The notes: a model not told the origin generated them from the sequence alone. 64,000 bases of DNA from Pseudomonadota bacterium (GCA_039815365.1 JBCBZK010000002.1:6425-70424); one strand, 5' to 3'; counted from the stretch's first letter, positions 18,104 to 28,542 are shown. Numbers and translations are program-made.

Positions 18104-18985
18104 ATGGCTGACGTGACTATGCGCCAGATGCTTGAGGCAGGCGTACATTTCGGGCACCAGACCCGCTACTGGAATCCGAAGATGGCACCGTTTATTTTCG
18201 GTGACCGCAACAAGATCCACATTGTTAATCTGGAACGCACTTTACCGTTGTTCCGCGACGCGTTGACCTACGTGCAGCGCCTGTCATCTGATGGCGGTAA
18301 CATCATGTTTGTTGGCACCAAACGCTCTGCCCGCGAGACCATTGGTACCGAGGCAGCACGTTGTGGTATGCCGTACGTGAACTACCGTTGGCTTGGCGGC
18401 ATGCTCACCAACTTCAAGACGATCAAACAGTCAATCAAACGGCTGAAAGACCTTGAGAGTATGGATGAGAGCGGTATCAAGGACTCATTGACAAAAAAAG
18501 AGATCCTGAATCTGGCTCGTGAGCAAGAAAAGCTCGAACGTAGTTTGGGCGGCATTAAAGACATGGGCGGTTTGCCTGATGCCTTATTCATCGTTGATGT
18601 GGGTCACGAAAAGATCGCGATCGACGAAGCACGCAAGCTCGGTATCCCAGTCGTAGCGGTTGTTGATACCAACTGCACACCGGATGACATCGACTATGTG
18701 ATTCCGGGCAATGACGATGCGATGCGCGCAATCAACCTGTACGCCAGCGCTATTGCTGATGCGGTACTGGATGGCAAAGCGGCGGCGCCCGAGGCTGCAT
18801 TGGGCGATGACGATTTCGTCGAGCTCGACGAAGAAGGCAACGTTCGCAAAGCGGCACCGAAGGCGAAACCTGCACGCAAGAAAGCGGCAGCGAAGAAACC
18901 TGCGGCACCGAAGGCGGCACCTGTTGTTGAGGCAGTTGCGGAAGAGCCGGCTAAGCCTGCCGAAGACGCCCCAGCGGCTGAGTAA
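18104..18985 (+). CDS. rpsB: 30S ribosomal protein S2 with a 48-aa Ala/Lys/Pro-rich C-terminal extension
   Basis: [19 protein letters not shown] signature. The body aligns to about aa 245, followed by a low-complexity tail. Confidence 0.97.
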   Translation: MADVTMRQMLEAGVHFGHQTRYWNPKMAPFIFGDRNKIHIVNLERTLPLFRDALTYVQRLSSDGGNIMFVGTKRSARETIGTEAARCGMPYVNYRWLGGMLTNFKTIKQSIKRLKDLESMDESGIKDSLTKKEILNLAREQEKLERSLGGIKDMGGLPDALFIVDVGHEKIAIDEARKLGIPVVAVVDTNCTPDDIDYVIPGNDDAMRAINLYASAIADAVLDGKAAAPEAALGDDDFVELDEEGNVRKAAPKAKPARKKAAAKKPAAPKAAPVVEAVAEEPAKPAEDAPAAE

Positions 18986-19001
18986 GCGCTTCGTTTGAAT
19001 C

Positions 19002-19037
19002 CCCGCATGGCGCAAACCTGCGCCCTGCGGGTCTTCG
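19002..19037 (+). terminator. rpsB-tsf intergenic hairpin (attenuator/partial terminator)
   Basis: CCCGCA-t-GGCGCA / loop AACC / TGCGCC-c-TGCGGG gives 12 bp with one mismatch, followed by TCTTCGT. Confidence 0.45.
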
Positions 19038-19098
19038 TAACTGGGCACGCGCCACACGGCGATCGTGCCATTTTGACTAACTATTTTGAGGAATAATC

Positions 19099-19977
19099 AT
19101 GGCTATCACAGCGTCTATGGTTAAAGAACTGCGCGAGCGCACTGGCGTTGGCATGATGGAATGCAAAAAAGCACTGTCCGAAGCGGGCGGTGACATGGAT
19201 GCGGCAGCGAAACTGCTGCGCGAAAAAGGTCAGGCGAAAGCCGATAAGAAAGCAAGCCGGGTTGCCGCGGAAGGTCGCATTGTGATTGAGCAAGCGGCGC
19301 ATGGCACGGTCATCGCTGAAGTGAATTGCGAAACCGACTTTGTTGGCAATGACGACAACTTCATTGGCTTTGCTCAGCATGTTGCCAAATTGATAGGTGA
19401 GCACAGCCCTGCCGATGTCGCAGCGCTCATGGCGCTGCCTGCGGGGGATGGCATGACGGTCGAAGAGACCCGTACGGCTTTGGTTGCCAAGATCGGCGAG
19501 AACATCGGAGTGCGTCGCTTCCAGGTGATTGAGAAAGGTGAAGGTATCGTTTCCAGTTACACGCATAACGCACGAATTGGCTCACTGGTCGCATTGACGC
19601 GCGGTGACGATGATCTTGGCCGCGATCTCGCGATGCATATTGCAGCATCAGCACCGCTGTGTGTTGACGAGTCCGGCGTGCCGGCTGAAACGCTTGCTAG
19701 TGAGCGTGCGATTCTTGTAGAGCAAGCAAAAGGCTCAGGCAAGCCTGCGGAGATCATTGAGAAAATGGTCGATGGCCGTATGCGCAAGTATCTGGCGGAA
19801 ATCACGCTGGTTGGCCAACCGTTTGTTAAGGACCCGGATACGACGGTCGGCAAACTGCTAAAAGGTGCCGGTGCTGCGGTCAGCGCGTTTGTTCGCTATG
19901 AAGTCGGCGAAGGTATTGAGAAGAAAGAAGACAACTTCGTCGAAGAAGTGATGGCTCAAGTCAAGGGTGCAAGTTAG
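19099..19977 (+). CDS. tsf: Translation elongation factor Ts
   Basis: MAITASMVKELRERTGVGMMECKKAL UBA-like N-terminus; 292 aa. Confidence 0.97.
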   Translation: MAITASMVKELRERTGVGMMECKKALSEAGGDMDAAAKLLREKGQAKADKKASRVAAEGRIVIEQAAHGTVIAEVNCETDFVGNDDNFIGFAQHVAKLIGEHSPADVAALMALPAGDGMTVEETRTALVAKIGENIGVRRFQVIEKGEGIVSSYTHNARIGSLVALTRGDDDLGRDLAMHIAASAPLCVDESGVPAETLASERAILVEQAKGSGKPAEIIEKMVDGRMRKYLAEITLVGQPFVKDPDTTVGKLLKGAGAAVSAFVRYEVGEGIEKKEDNFVEEVMAQVKGAS

Positions 19978-20076
19978 AGCGCCTGAGGAATATCAGGTGG
20001 GACAGCTTGTTGGGTCTGGTTGCCGTGGGTGCGTTACACTCACGCGCGACCGGGCGCAAAGTGGGGAGAACAGTTC

Positions 20077-20802
20077 ATGACGGCATCGGATACGCCTGTC
20101 GCCAAGCGAATTTTATTGAAGCTCAGCGGCGAAGCCTTGATGGGCGGGCTCAAGTACGGCATTGATCCTGATGTGATCGGCCGTATCGCTGCCGAAGTGG
20201 CCACTGTCGTTGCGATGGATGTTGAAATCGCCATCGTCATTGGTGGCGGCAACATCTTCCGCGGTGCCGGACTCGCGCGAGCTGGTATGGACCGGGTAAC
20301 CGGCGATCACATGGGCATGCTAGCCACCGTTATGAATGCGTTGGCGATTCAGGACGCACTTGAGCGCCAGGACGTATACGCACGCGTCATGTCCGCGCTC
20401 GCGATCAATGACGTTTGCGAAGACTACATTCGCCGTCGTGCTATTCGTCACCTGGAGAAAGGTCGTGTGGTCGTGCTCGCGGCTGGCACAGGCAACCCGT
20501 TTTTTACAACGGACACCGCCGCGAGTTTGCGTGCCATCGAAATTGGCGCGGACCTACTGTTAAAAGCAACGAAGGTTAATGGCGTTTTTGATAGTGACCC
20601 GGCAACCAACCCGGATGCAGAGCAACTGCCCCAGGTGAGTTTTGATCGCGTTTTGGGTGAACGTCTCAACGTAATGGATGCAACATCCATAGTGATGTGT
20701 CGTGACAACGAAATGCCGTTGCGCGTGTATGACATGACGGATCCGGATGCCTTGGTGCGAATCGTCAAAGGCGAGACGCTAGGCACTTTGGTTACCGCCT
20801 GA
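20077..20802 (+). CDS. pyrH: UMP kinase
   Basis: [12 protein letters not shown] and [11 protein letters not shown] motifs. Start moved to Met 20077 from the ORF-track start at 20020. Confidence 0.95.
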   Translation: MTASDTPVAKRILLKLSGEALMGGLKYGIDPDVIGRIAAEVATVVAMDVEIAIVIGGGNIFRGAGLARAGMDRVTGDHMGMLATVMNALAIQDALERQDVYARVMSALAINDVCEDYIRRRAIRHLEKGRVVVLAAGTGNPFFTTDTAASLRAIEIGADLLLKATKVNGVFDSDPATNPDAEQLPQVSFDRVLGERLNVMDATSIVMCRDNEMPLRVYDMTDPDALVRIVKGETLGTLVTA

Positions 20803-20824
20803 GAATGATGCTGAAGGACAGCGC

Positions 20825-21382
20825 ATGCTTGAAGATATAAAAAAAGATGCTGATGAACGGATGGGCAAGAGTGTCGAATCGCTTCGCGGCGAAATGACCA
20901 AGATTCGCACCGGCCGTGCACACACGAGTCTGCTTGACCACGTAACTGTTGAATACTACGGCAGCGAAGTGCCGCTGAATCAAGTGGCTAACGTGGGTAT
21001 TGAAGACTCGCGCACGCTCGTCGTCTCGCCGTGGGAAAAGGAAATGGTCGCCGTGGTTGAAAAAGCGATCATGACATCGGACCTCGGACTGAATCCTGCA
21101 ACAGCCGGTACTGTGATTCGCGTGCCGTTGCCACCGCTGACGGAAGAGCGTCGCAAGGACATGATTCGCATTGTTCGCAATGAAGCAGAAAACGGACGTA
21201 TTGCGGTCCGTAACATTCGCCGCGATGCCTTGTCGGACTGCAAACAACTCTTGAAAGAAAAAGAAATCGGTGAAGATGACGAACGTCGCGCAGCCGATGC
21301 CATTCAGGTGATGACCGACAAGCATGTGGCGTCTATCGACACTGTGCTTGGCGAGAAAGAATCTGAACTGATGGAATTTTGA
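20825..21382 (+). CDS. frr: Ribosome recycling factor
   Basis: 185 aa; [11 protein letters not shown]...VEYYG and [13 protein letters not shown] motifs. Confidence 0.96.
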   Translation: MLEDIKKDADERMGKSVESLRGEMTKIRTGRAHTSLLDHVTVEYYGSEVPLNQVANVGIEDSRTLVVSPWEKEMVAVVEKAIMTSDLGLNPATAGTVIRVPLPPLTEERRKDMIRIVRNEAENGRIAVRNIRRDALSDCKQLLKEKEIGEDDERRAADAIQVMTDKHVASIDTVLGEKESELMEF

Positions 21383-21394
21383 CTGGCGTTACAC

Positions 21395-22150
21395 ATGTCA
21401 AGCGGGCCTACGCACAACGCTGACCGAACACTGCCGCGGCACATTGCTGTGGTCATGGATGGTAATGGGCGCTGGGCGCGAAAACGTGCAATGCCTCGGC
21501 ATTTCGGTCATCGTTCCGGCGTTAAATCGGTGCGCACGATCGTGCGTCATTGCGGTGAAATCGGCGTTGAGTACCTCACCTTGTTCGCGTTCTCCAGTGA
21601 GAACTGGACACGCCCTCAAGAAGAAGTGCTTGGACTCATGAAGCTGTTCCTCGACGCACTGCAGCGCGAGGTTGCCGAGTTACACGAGAACAATGTTCGC
21701 CTTACATTCGTTGGTGACCTGTCGCGGCTGTCGGATCGTCTTCGCGCTGGCATGCAAGACGCAGAACGCGTGACCACCGATAACACCGGACTGTCACTGC
21801 AGATCGCAGTAGGTTATGGCGGGCGCTGGGATATTGTCGAGGCAGCGAAACGGCTGGCTGAGGATGTTGCTGCCGGTCGTTGCGATCCCGCGTCAATATC
21901 AGAAGCCGATTTTGCTGAGCGCACCTCTCTGGGCGATTGCCCTGAGCCAGATCTCATGATTCGCACGGGTGGCGAGCAACGCATCAGCAACTTCCTGCTA
22001 TGGCACTTGGCCTATGCAGAGTTACATTTTTCAGATGTTTTGTGGCCGGATTTTGACGTTGCCGCGTTAGAAGTTGCGCTGGATGTGTTTCGCGCGCGTA
22101 ACCGCCGCTTTGGTGGTGTTCGTGCAATGCCACAAGAAGAGGTCGGCTAG
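21395..22150 (+). CDS. uppS: Ditrans,polycis-undecaprenyl-diphosphate synthase
   Basis: HIAVVMDGNGRWA and FSSENW...RTGGEQRISNFLLW motifs. Confidence 0.93.
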   Translation: MSSGPTHNADRTLPRHIAVVMDGNGRWARKRAMPRHFGHRSGVKSVRTIVRHCGEIGVEYLTLFAFSSENWTRPQEEVLGLMKLFLDALQREVAELHENNVRLTFVGDLSRLSDRLRAGMQDAERVTTDNTGLSLQIAVGYGGRWDIVEAAKRLAEDVAAGRCDPASISEADFAERTSLGDCPEPDLMIRTGGEQRISNFLLWHLAYAELHFSDVLWPDFDVAALEVALDVFRARNRRFGGVRAMPQEEVG

Positions 22151-22963
22151 GTGCTTCTCGCACGCGTGATTTCCGCCGTCGTGGCCGTCGTCGCGATTCT
22201 AACGGTGTTGTTCGTGTTGCCGCATGAATATGTCACACCGGTTATCGCTGCTATTGTTCTGGCAGCGAGCTGGGAGTGGTCATCTCTGGCTCGTATCACA
22301 AAGGTCCCGATGCGTATTGCGTTCGCTGTGATCGTAACGGCGCTCTGTGTTGCTGTGAATGCGTTTCTGACTGAATCGCTGTTCTGGGCGGTGCTGGCGA
22401 GCTTTGCGATCTGGTGGTTCGCCGCATTCGTTATGGTATTGCGCTACCCGTTTGTGATGCCACGCTGGGGTGTGATCGTCGCAGCGCCACTGACTCTCGT
22501 GCCGATGTATGTCGCGTTACTGAGCATTGCAAGATTTCCGATGCATGAGTTGTACCTTGGCTCGGGCTTGTTGTTGTTTGTACTGGTGGTTATCTGGGGT
22601 GCGGATGTCGGTGGTTATTTTGCCGGCCGAGCGATGGGGAAACGCAAGCTCGCACCACACGTCAGCCCGAACAAAACCTGGGCAGGCGTTATCGGTGGGT
22701 TGCTCGCGAGCGCATTGGTAGGCGTTGTGGGCGCGATGATTTTTGGCATTCCAGTGGCGCGACTGGTGCCGCTGTGTATTGCGACTGGTGCGATATCAGT
22801 GCTGGGCGACCTGATGATCAGCTTGTTCAAGCGCGAGGCTGGCCTCAAGGATTCGGGCGTACTGTTTCCCGGTCATGGCGGACTACTCGATCGCCTGGAC
22901 AGTATCGGCGCTGGCGTGCCGTTGTTCGTCGCAGGGCTGGCGATCGGGCACGGCGCATGGTGA
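22151..22963 (+). CDS. cdsA: Phosphatidate cytidylyltransferase
   Basis: 270 aa polytopic membrane protein with the C-terminal CTP-transferase signature SxxKRxxGxKDxGxxxPGHGGxxDRxDS (SLFKREAGLKDSGVLFPGHGGLLDRLDS). Confidence 0.88.
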   Translation: MLLARVISAVVAVVAILTVLFVLPHEYVTPVIAAIVLAASWEWSSLARITKVPMRIAFAVIVTALCVAVNAFLTESLFWAVLASFAIWWFAAFVMVLRYPFVMPRWGVIVAAPLTLVPMYVALLSIARFPMHELYLGSGLLLFVLVVIWGADVGGYFAGRAMGKRKLAPHVSPNKTWAGVIGGLLASALVGVVGAMIFGIPVARLVPLCIATGAISVLGDLMISLFKREAGLKDSGVLFPGHGGLLDRLDSIGAGVPLFVAGLAIGHGAW

Positions 22964-23090
22964 TGTTCAGCTTACGTTCATCATCGTTGTCAATCGTGTC
23001 GGCCAACTCGCCGCAGTTGTTTACATTGTCGTACGGGAACGATACCTACACTCGGTGGTCTTACGTTGCTGAGAGTGGCGGAGTGCGTCG

Positions 23091-24458
23091 TTGAGCGTTG
23101 TACTGAACAACATTTTTTCGCTGATCATAACGATCAGTGTATTAGTGGCGATCCACGAGTTCGGCCACTACATTGTCGCGCGTATGTGCGGCATCAAGGT
23201 ATTGCGATTTTCGATTGGATTCGGCAAGCCGATAATATCGCGTCGTTGGGGCGCTGATCAGACAGAGTATTGCATTTCCGCTTTGCCGTTAGGCGGCTAT
23301 GTGAAGATGCTCGACGAACGCGAAGGTAACGTGTCGCCGCAAGACGCAAACCGCAGTTTTAACGCGCAGCCGGTGTGGCAGCGAATAGCGGTATTGCTCG
23401 CAGGTCCGGCCTTCAACTTCCTATTCGCGATCGCGGCGTACTGGTTCATTTTTTCGGTTGGCATGCAGGTCACGCGTCCTGTCGTCGGGCAGGTTGTTCC
23501 GGATTCGCCAGCAGCTCGCGCGGGTCTTCAGTACAACGACGTTATTGCCGCTATCGGCGATCGCACGATCAAGAATTGGCAGGGCGGCGTACAAGTCCTG
23601 GTTAACGAATTGGTTGATGATGCGCGTATCCCGCTGACGATTGAGCGTGCCGATGGTTCGCGTTTGGACGTCGTTATCGAAGCAAGCAAGCAAGCGGCAC
23701 GGCTGAGTGAGCCCGGCAAGTTATTTGAAAGTCTGGGTTTCAGACCGTGGTCAGAGCGAGCCATCGTTGGTGAGGCAACGCCTGGGTCAGCGGCTGAATT
23801 GGCAAACATGCGCTCGGGCGATCAGGTGATCGCGGTCAATGGCGAGCCAGTCTTTTTGTGGACAGAATTCGTCACCGCGGTGCGAGCCAACGGCGATGCG
23901 CCGTTGGCGTTACAGATTGTGCGCGACGGTGTTGAGCAGACGATCGACATGTCGCCGCGTATGGTTGAAGAACAAGGTCAGCGTATTCCTCGAGTCGGGG
24001 TTACCGCGCAAGATCAGCGACCCGACAATTTGTATGGCGTGGAGCAATACGGCTGGGCGGCGTCGCTACCCGTTGCGGTCAACAAGACGGCAGAGACGAT
24101 AGGCTTCACATTCAAGATTTTCGGCAGGATGCTGACCGGTTCCGTGTCTACCAAAAACATCAGCGGTCCCATCAATATTGCGCAGTATGCAACGGTGACG
24201 TTGAGTCGTGGTGGCCGCAGTTTTCTCGACTTCCTTGCAATGGTGAGTGTCAGCCTGGGTGTGCTCAATTTGCTGCCGATTCCAATGTTGGACGGCGGGC
24301 AAATTGTGTATCAAGCGGTCGAAGGGCTTACTGGCAAGCCTTTGTCTGAAAAATGGCAGATTGCGGGTCAGCAAGTCGGTATCTTTTTGTTGCTGGGCGT
24401 CATGAGTCTTGCTTTTTATAATGATATTGCCCGCGTTGTCGGGCAGTTGTTGAGTTAA
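23091..24458 (+). CDS. rseP: Sigma-E protease RseP (site-2 zinc metalloprotease)
   Basis: HEFGHY zinc motif at aa 22, two PDZ-like regions and the C-terminal LNLLPIPMLDGG motif. TTG start follows GGCGGAG. Confidence 0.92.
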   Translation: MSVVLNNIFSLIITISVLVAIHEFGHYIVARMCGIKVLRFSIGFGKPIISRRWGADQTEYCISALPLGGYVKMLDEREGNVSPQDANRSFNAQPVWQRIAVLLAGPAFNFLFAIAAYWFIFSVGMQVTRPVVGQVVPDSPAARAGLQYNDVIAAIGDRTIKNWQGGVQVLVNELVDDARIPLTIERADGSRLDVVIEASKQAARLSEPGKLFESLGFRPWSERAIVGEATPGSAAELANMRSGDQVIAVNGEPVFLWTEFVTAVRANGDAPLALQIVRDGVEQTIDMSPRMVEEQGQRIPRVGVTAQDQRPDNLYGVEQYGWAASLPVAVNKTAETIGFTFKIFGRMLTGSVSTKNISGPINIAQYATVTLSRGGRSFLDFLAMVSVSLGVLNLLPIPMLDGGQIVYQAVEGLTGKPLSEKWQIAGQQVGIFLLLGVMSLAFYNDIARVVGQLLS

Positions 24459-24468
24459 CAGGTCAGCG

Positions 24469-26916
24469 GTGTACATGGTGATGAGCAATACGATGGCAAC
24501 AGTCTTGAACAAGTGTCGCTTTTACCGACAGTGCTTGCTCGGTCTTGCCGTAGCCAGTGTGTTCTCGACGAGCGTATTCGCCGCTGAGCCATTCGAAGTG
24601 CGCAACATGCGCGTTGAGGGTCTGGCAAGAATCTCCGAAGGTACGGTGTTCAACTACTTGCCGATTAATATCGGCGATGTGGTCGACGAGGTGCGCGTTC
24701 GTGAGGCGATTCGGGCACTGTATTCGCAGTCGTTGTTCGAAGATGTTGAGCTGCGTCAGGATGGCAATACGCTGGTTATCGTTGTTAAAGAGCGACCGTC
24801 TATTGAACAGTTCACCATTGACGGCAACAAGGACATCAAGACAGAGGATCTCGAAGACTCGTTGCGTTCCGTCGGACTGGCGCGCGGCAAAACGTTTGAT
24901 CGCTCCGTGCTTGATGAAGTCACGCAGTTTTTGGTTGAGCAGTATTACAGCCGCGGTAAGTACGGCGTCAGCGTCGAAACCCGCGTAGAGGATCGACCTA
25001 ACAATGCGGTTGCGGTATTCGTTGATGTAAAAGAGGGTGATCGGGCACGCATTCGTTCGATTAACGTGGTTGGAAACACTGTGTTCGATGACGAAGAGTT
25101 GGTCGGTGAGTTCGAACTGAAACTGCCCAATTGGTTGTCGTTCATTCGCCAGGATGATCGCTACTCGAAAGAAGCGTTGACGGGCGATCTTGAAACCCTG
25201 AGCTCTTACTATCTTGATCGCGGTTATGCCGATTTTGCGGTGACCTCAACGCAAGTGGCGATCTCGCCGAACCGCGAAGATGTTTACATCACTGTGAATA
25301 TTTCTGAAGGTGATGTTTACAAGATCGCTGACGTTAAGATCGCGGGCAAGATGGTCGTGCCCGAGGCGTACTTGTTACCGCTGGTGCTCGCCAAACCGGG
25401 AGATACCTACAACCAGCGCAACCTCACCCAGACGACAGAGTTAGTCACGCTGCGCCTTGGCGTCGATGGCTATGCAGAGGCTAACGTTGATTTTGTGCCG
25501 GAACTGGATCGCGAAAAGAAAACCGTCGACGTAACGGTGTTTGTCGAGCCAAACAATCGCATCTACGTGCGCAACATCAACTTCAATGGTATCGATCAGG
25601 TAAATGATGAAGTGCTGCGTCGTGAAGTGCGGCAAATGGAAGGCGCTTATCTGTCCAACCAGCTGCTGGATCGCTCCAAGATTCGATTGCAGCGGTTACC
25701 GTATCTCGAGACGGTGGATTTCAGCACGGCACCTGTGCCTGGCAGCAACGATCAGGTCGACGTGAATTTTGACCTTGACTACGGGCTTCCAGGACAGTTT
25801 GGCGGCGGTCTGGGTTATTCCGAAACCCAGAAGTTGTTGTTGAACGGTAATTTCACTCACACCAACTTTATGGGTACGGGTAACCGTCTTAGCGCGGAAG
25901 TGAACTCGAGTCGATTCCAGACGGTGTACAGCTTGTCGCATACCAATCCGTACGTGACTCGTGACGGCATTCGCCGTACTGCCTCGTTGTCGTTTCGCAA
26001 TTTTGACCAGTTCAACGAACAGTCGTCGGATTTGTCAACGGAAACGCTAACAGCGGCGCTCGAGTATTCGTACCCGATATCAGAGTTTCAGAGCATTAGT
26101 CTGGGCGGTGCCTGGCAGAGTGCACGACTCGTTGCAACGCAGGGCGGTAGCACGCAACAAGCGATCGACTGGATTTTGCAGAACGGAAACTCGAATATTA
26201 ACGAGGTCGATTTTTTCAATCAGGACTTAACCGTATTTACCAGTGAGTTCGATACGTTCGAGATTGTCGGCGGTTGGTCTTTTGACAGTCGGAACCGGGC
26301 ACTTTTTGCTGATCGCGGGCAACGACATCGCCTGTCGTTTGCGATGGCTGTGCCAGGCTCGGATGTCGAGTACTGGACGGCTCGTTATGATGGCCTCAAT
26401 CTGATTCCGCTTTGGGGGCAGTTTGGCCTGCAAATCGCAACGGAACTGGCTTTCGGCGAAGGGCTAGGCGCAACGACCGCGTTGCCGCCGTACAAGTTGT
26501 TCCGCACCGGTGGTCCGGCGTCGGTGCGAGGCTATCGCGAGTTTAACCTTGGGCCGCGCGATAGCCGCGGTAGACCGTATGGCGGTAACCTGTTGCTGAA
26601 TGCACAGGTTGAATTGAACTTGCCGATGCCTGAGCGCTTCCGGGGTAAAGGCCGAGCCGCGCTTTTTTATGACGTCGGTAACGTATTTAGCACCGGCGAG
26701 ATCGCATTTACTGACCGATTATTGGAAGATCCGTTTGATTACGACTTCGATGAGGATCAACTCAAGCAGTCGGTCGGTCTCGCAGTCGAATGGCTAGCGC
26801 CGCTCGGTCTGTTTCGTTTCAGCTACGCGTACCCACTTAACGATTTTGGCGGCAACAGTCGCATCTTTCCCGATCAAGTGGAGCGCTTTCAGTTTACAAT
26901 TGGGAATGCCTTCTGA
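24469..26916 (+). CDS. bamA: Outer membrane protein assembly factor BamA
   Basis: About 810 aa with a signal peptide, POTRA repeats (IRVEGL...), a C-terminal beta-barrel and a terminal F. Start is ambiguous (24469, 24475, 24481 or 24493). Confidence 0.93.
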   Translation: MYMVMSNTMATVLNKCRFYRQCLLGLAVASVFSTSVFAAEPFEVRNMRVEGLARISEGTVFNYLPINIGDVVDEVRVREAIRALYSQSLFEDVELRQDGNTLVIVVKERPSIEQFTIDGNKDIKTEDLEDSLRSVGLARGKTFDRSVLDEVTQFLVEQYYSRGKYGVSVETRVEDRPNNAVAVFVDVKEGDRARIRSINVVGNTVFDDEELVGEFELKLPNWLSFIRQDDRYSKEALTGDLETLSSYYLDRGYADFAVTSTQVAISPNREDVYITVNISEGDVYKIADVKIAGKMVVPEAYLLPLVLAKPGDTYNQRNLTQTTELVTLRLGVDGYAEANVDFVPELDREKKTVDVTVFVEPNNRIYVRNINFNGIDQVNDEVLRREVRQMEGAYLSNQLLDRSKIRLQRLPYLETVDFSTAPVPGSNDQVDVNFDLDYGLPGQFGGGLGYSETQKLLLNGNFTHTNFMGTGNRLSAEVNSSRFQTVYSLSHTNPYVTRDGIRRTASLSFRNFDQFNEQSSDLSTETLTAALEYSYPISEFQSISLGGAWQSARLVATQGGSTQQAIDWILQNGNSNINEVDFFNQDLTVFTSEFDTFEIVGGWSFDSRNRALFADRGQRHRLSFAMAVPGSDVEYWTARYDGLNLIPLWGQFGLQIATELAFGEGLGATTALPPYKLFRTGGPASVRGYREFNLGPRDSRGRPYGGNLLLNAQVELNLPMPERFRGKGRAALFYDVGNVFSTGEIAFTDRLLEDPFDYDFDEDQLKQSVGLAVEWLAPLGLFRFSYAYPLNDFGGNSRIFPDQVERFQFTIGNAF

Positions 26917-26927
26917 GGGGATCATTC

Positions 26928-27476
26928 GTGAGCATCAAAAAAACTATTACATCATTCATTCGTAAGCCTGCAGCGTTCATGGCTGTAGGCGTTCTGGTGT
27001 TGGCGAGCATGCCAGCACAGGCGCAAGCACAAGATCTGAAGATCGGCGTTGTTAACGTACAGGCGCTGTTGCAGAACGCGCCGCAAACCAAGGCGTCTAT
27101 GGAAGCGTTGCAAGAAGAATTCGCGCCGCGTGAGCGCAGCGTCCTTGCCAAGCAAAAAGAGCTCGAAGCGTTGTCAGAAAAAGCGCAACGTGATTTGTCC
27201 GTGATGGGCGAGGAAGAGCGTCGCACGATGGAGCGCGACCTGCGCGAAGGCCAGCGCGAACTGCAGCGTCTGCAGCAGGAATTTGTGGAAGATCGCAATC
27301 TTCGGCAAAACGAGGAGCTCGGCAAATTGCAGCGGATTCTTCTCGATCAGGTTGAGGAATTCGCCAAGGCGCAGAACTTCGACATGATTGTTGGCGATGG
27401 CGTTATTTACGCGAGCGGTCGGGTCAACGTGACAGGTCAAATTCTCGAGCAACTCCAAGCCGATTTCGGCCAGTAG
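26928..27476 (+). CDS. skp: Periplasmic chaperone Skp (OmpH)
   Basis: 182 aa with a signal peptide and a coiled-coil region rich in E/K/R/Q. Conserved position between bamA and lpxD. GTG follows GAGGGG. Confidence 0.85.
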   Translation: MSIKKTITSFIRKPAAFMAVGVLVLASMPAQAQAQDLKIGVVNVQALLQNAPQTKASMEALQEEFAPRERSVLAKQKELEALSEKAQRDLSVMGEEERRTMERDLREGQRELQRLQQEFVEDRNLRQNEELGKLQRILLDQVEEFAKAQNFDMIVGDGVIYASGRVNVTGQILEQLQADFGQ

Positions 27477-27495
27477 TTGCGGGAGCCACGCGACG

Positions 27496-28542
27496 ATGGC
27501 TCGGACCCCAAATAGCGAGCGCGCAGGTCAAACGGCCGGTGCGCTCGCATTGCAGTTCGGCTGCCAGATTGTTGGCGACCCTGATACGCCACTGACGCAT
27601 GTGGCGACACTACGGGAGGCTGGTGCCGGTGCGTTGAGTTTCCTTGCCAATCCGCGGTATCGGCAGTATCTCGAGACGTCTTCTGCATCTGCAGTCGTGG
27701 TCGGTGAAGCTGACATTGATACAGTGCCAGGGTGTGCGATCGTCGCTAAGGATCCCTACCTTGTTTACGCACGAATGGCGGCTGTATTGCACCCGCCACG
27801 CGCATTGGCGCCAGGCATCCATCCATCCGCTGTTGTCGCCAGTACAGCAAGCGTGGATCCAGCGGCGCATGTCGGCGCAAATGCGGTCATTGATGAGCGT
27901 TCGATTGTTGGCGCCGGCGTCATGATTGGTGCAGGAACCTGCATCGGTGCGGATTGTGTGATCGGTGCTGGAACGCGTTTGATGCCAAACGTGACGTTGT
28001 TGGACGACGTGCAGTGCGGCGAGCGTTGTGTTGTGCTTCCTGGCGCGGTGATCGGTAGCGACGGTTTCGGCATTGCTCGTGGTCCTGACGGCTGGGAGCG
28101 CGTGCCGCAAACGGGCGGCGTGCGTATGGGGGATGACGTCGACGTTGGCGCATGTACCAGCATCGACAGAGGTGCTATTTCGCCCACCGTGCTGGGTAAC
28201 GGCGTCAAGCTGGATAACCAGATCCAGATCGGTCACAACACAGTGATAGGCGAACACACCGTGATGGCCGGCATGGTTGGCATTGCTGGCAGCACAACGA
28301 TTGGTAGCAATTGCGCATTTGGCGGCAATAGTGGCACGACCGGACATTTGTCGATTACCGATAACGTTGTCATAACCGCCAGAGCCACGGTCACCGCGGA
28401 TATCGATACGGCGGGAACCTACGGCGGGGTGTTCCCGCATGAAGAAATTCGGCAACATCAACGAAACGTCGCCCGCTACCGTGGACTGGACAAACTGGCA
28501 AGGCGCGTCAAGGCGCTCGAAAAAGTCGGTAAGCTGTCCTGA
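27496..28542 (+). CDS. lpxD: UDP-3-O-acylglucosamine N-acyltransferase
   Basis: 348 aa with hexapeptide-repeat LbH domain and LpxD-type N-terminus (FLANPRYRQYL). Confidence 0.93.
   Translation: MARTPNSERAGQTAGALALQFGCQIVGDPDTPLTHVATLREAGAGALSFLANPRYRQYLETSSASAVVVGEADIDTVPGCAIVAKDPYLVYARMAAVLHPPRALAPGIHPSAVVASTASVDPAAHVGANAVIDERSIVGAGVMIGAGTCIGADCVIGAGTRLMPNVTLLDDVQCGERCVVLPGAVIGSDGFGIARGPDGWERVPQTGGVRMGDDVDVGACTSIDRGAISPTVLGNGVKLDNQIQIGHNTVIGEHTVMAGMVGIAGSTTIGSNCAFGGNSGTTGHLSITDNVVITARATVTADIDTAGTYGGVFPHEEIRQHQRNVARYRGLDKLARRVKALEKVGKLS

Noticed and set aside
18584-19071. 157-aa and 125-aa minus-strand ORFs and a 95-aa plus-strand ORF over the 3' end of rpsB
   Set aside because: They are generated by the repetitive GCN/AAG-rich DNA that encodes the S2 tail. 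They are low-complexity and overlap a certain gene.
22964-23090. Possible dxr pseudogene remnant in the cdsA-rseP spacer
   Set aside because: None of the three forward-frame translations resembles Dxr, for example the N-terminal GSTGSIG NADPH motif. The spacer is too short to hold more than about 40 codons.
24330-24360. Possible sigma-E promoter inside the rseP 3' end upstream of bamA (GGGCTT-N15-TCTGA)
   Set aside because: The -35 matches poorly (GGGCTT against GAACTT) and the spacing is off by one, which is too weak to report.
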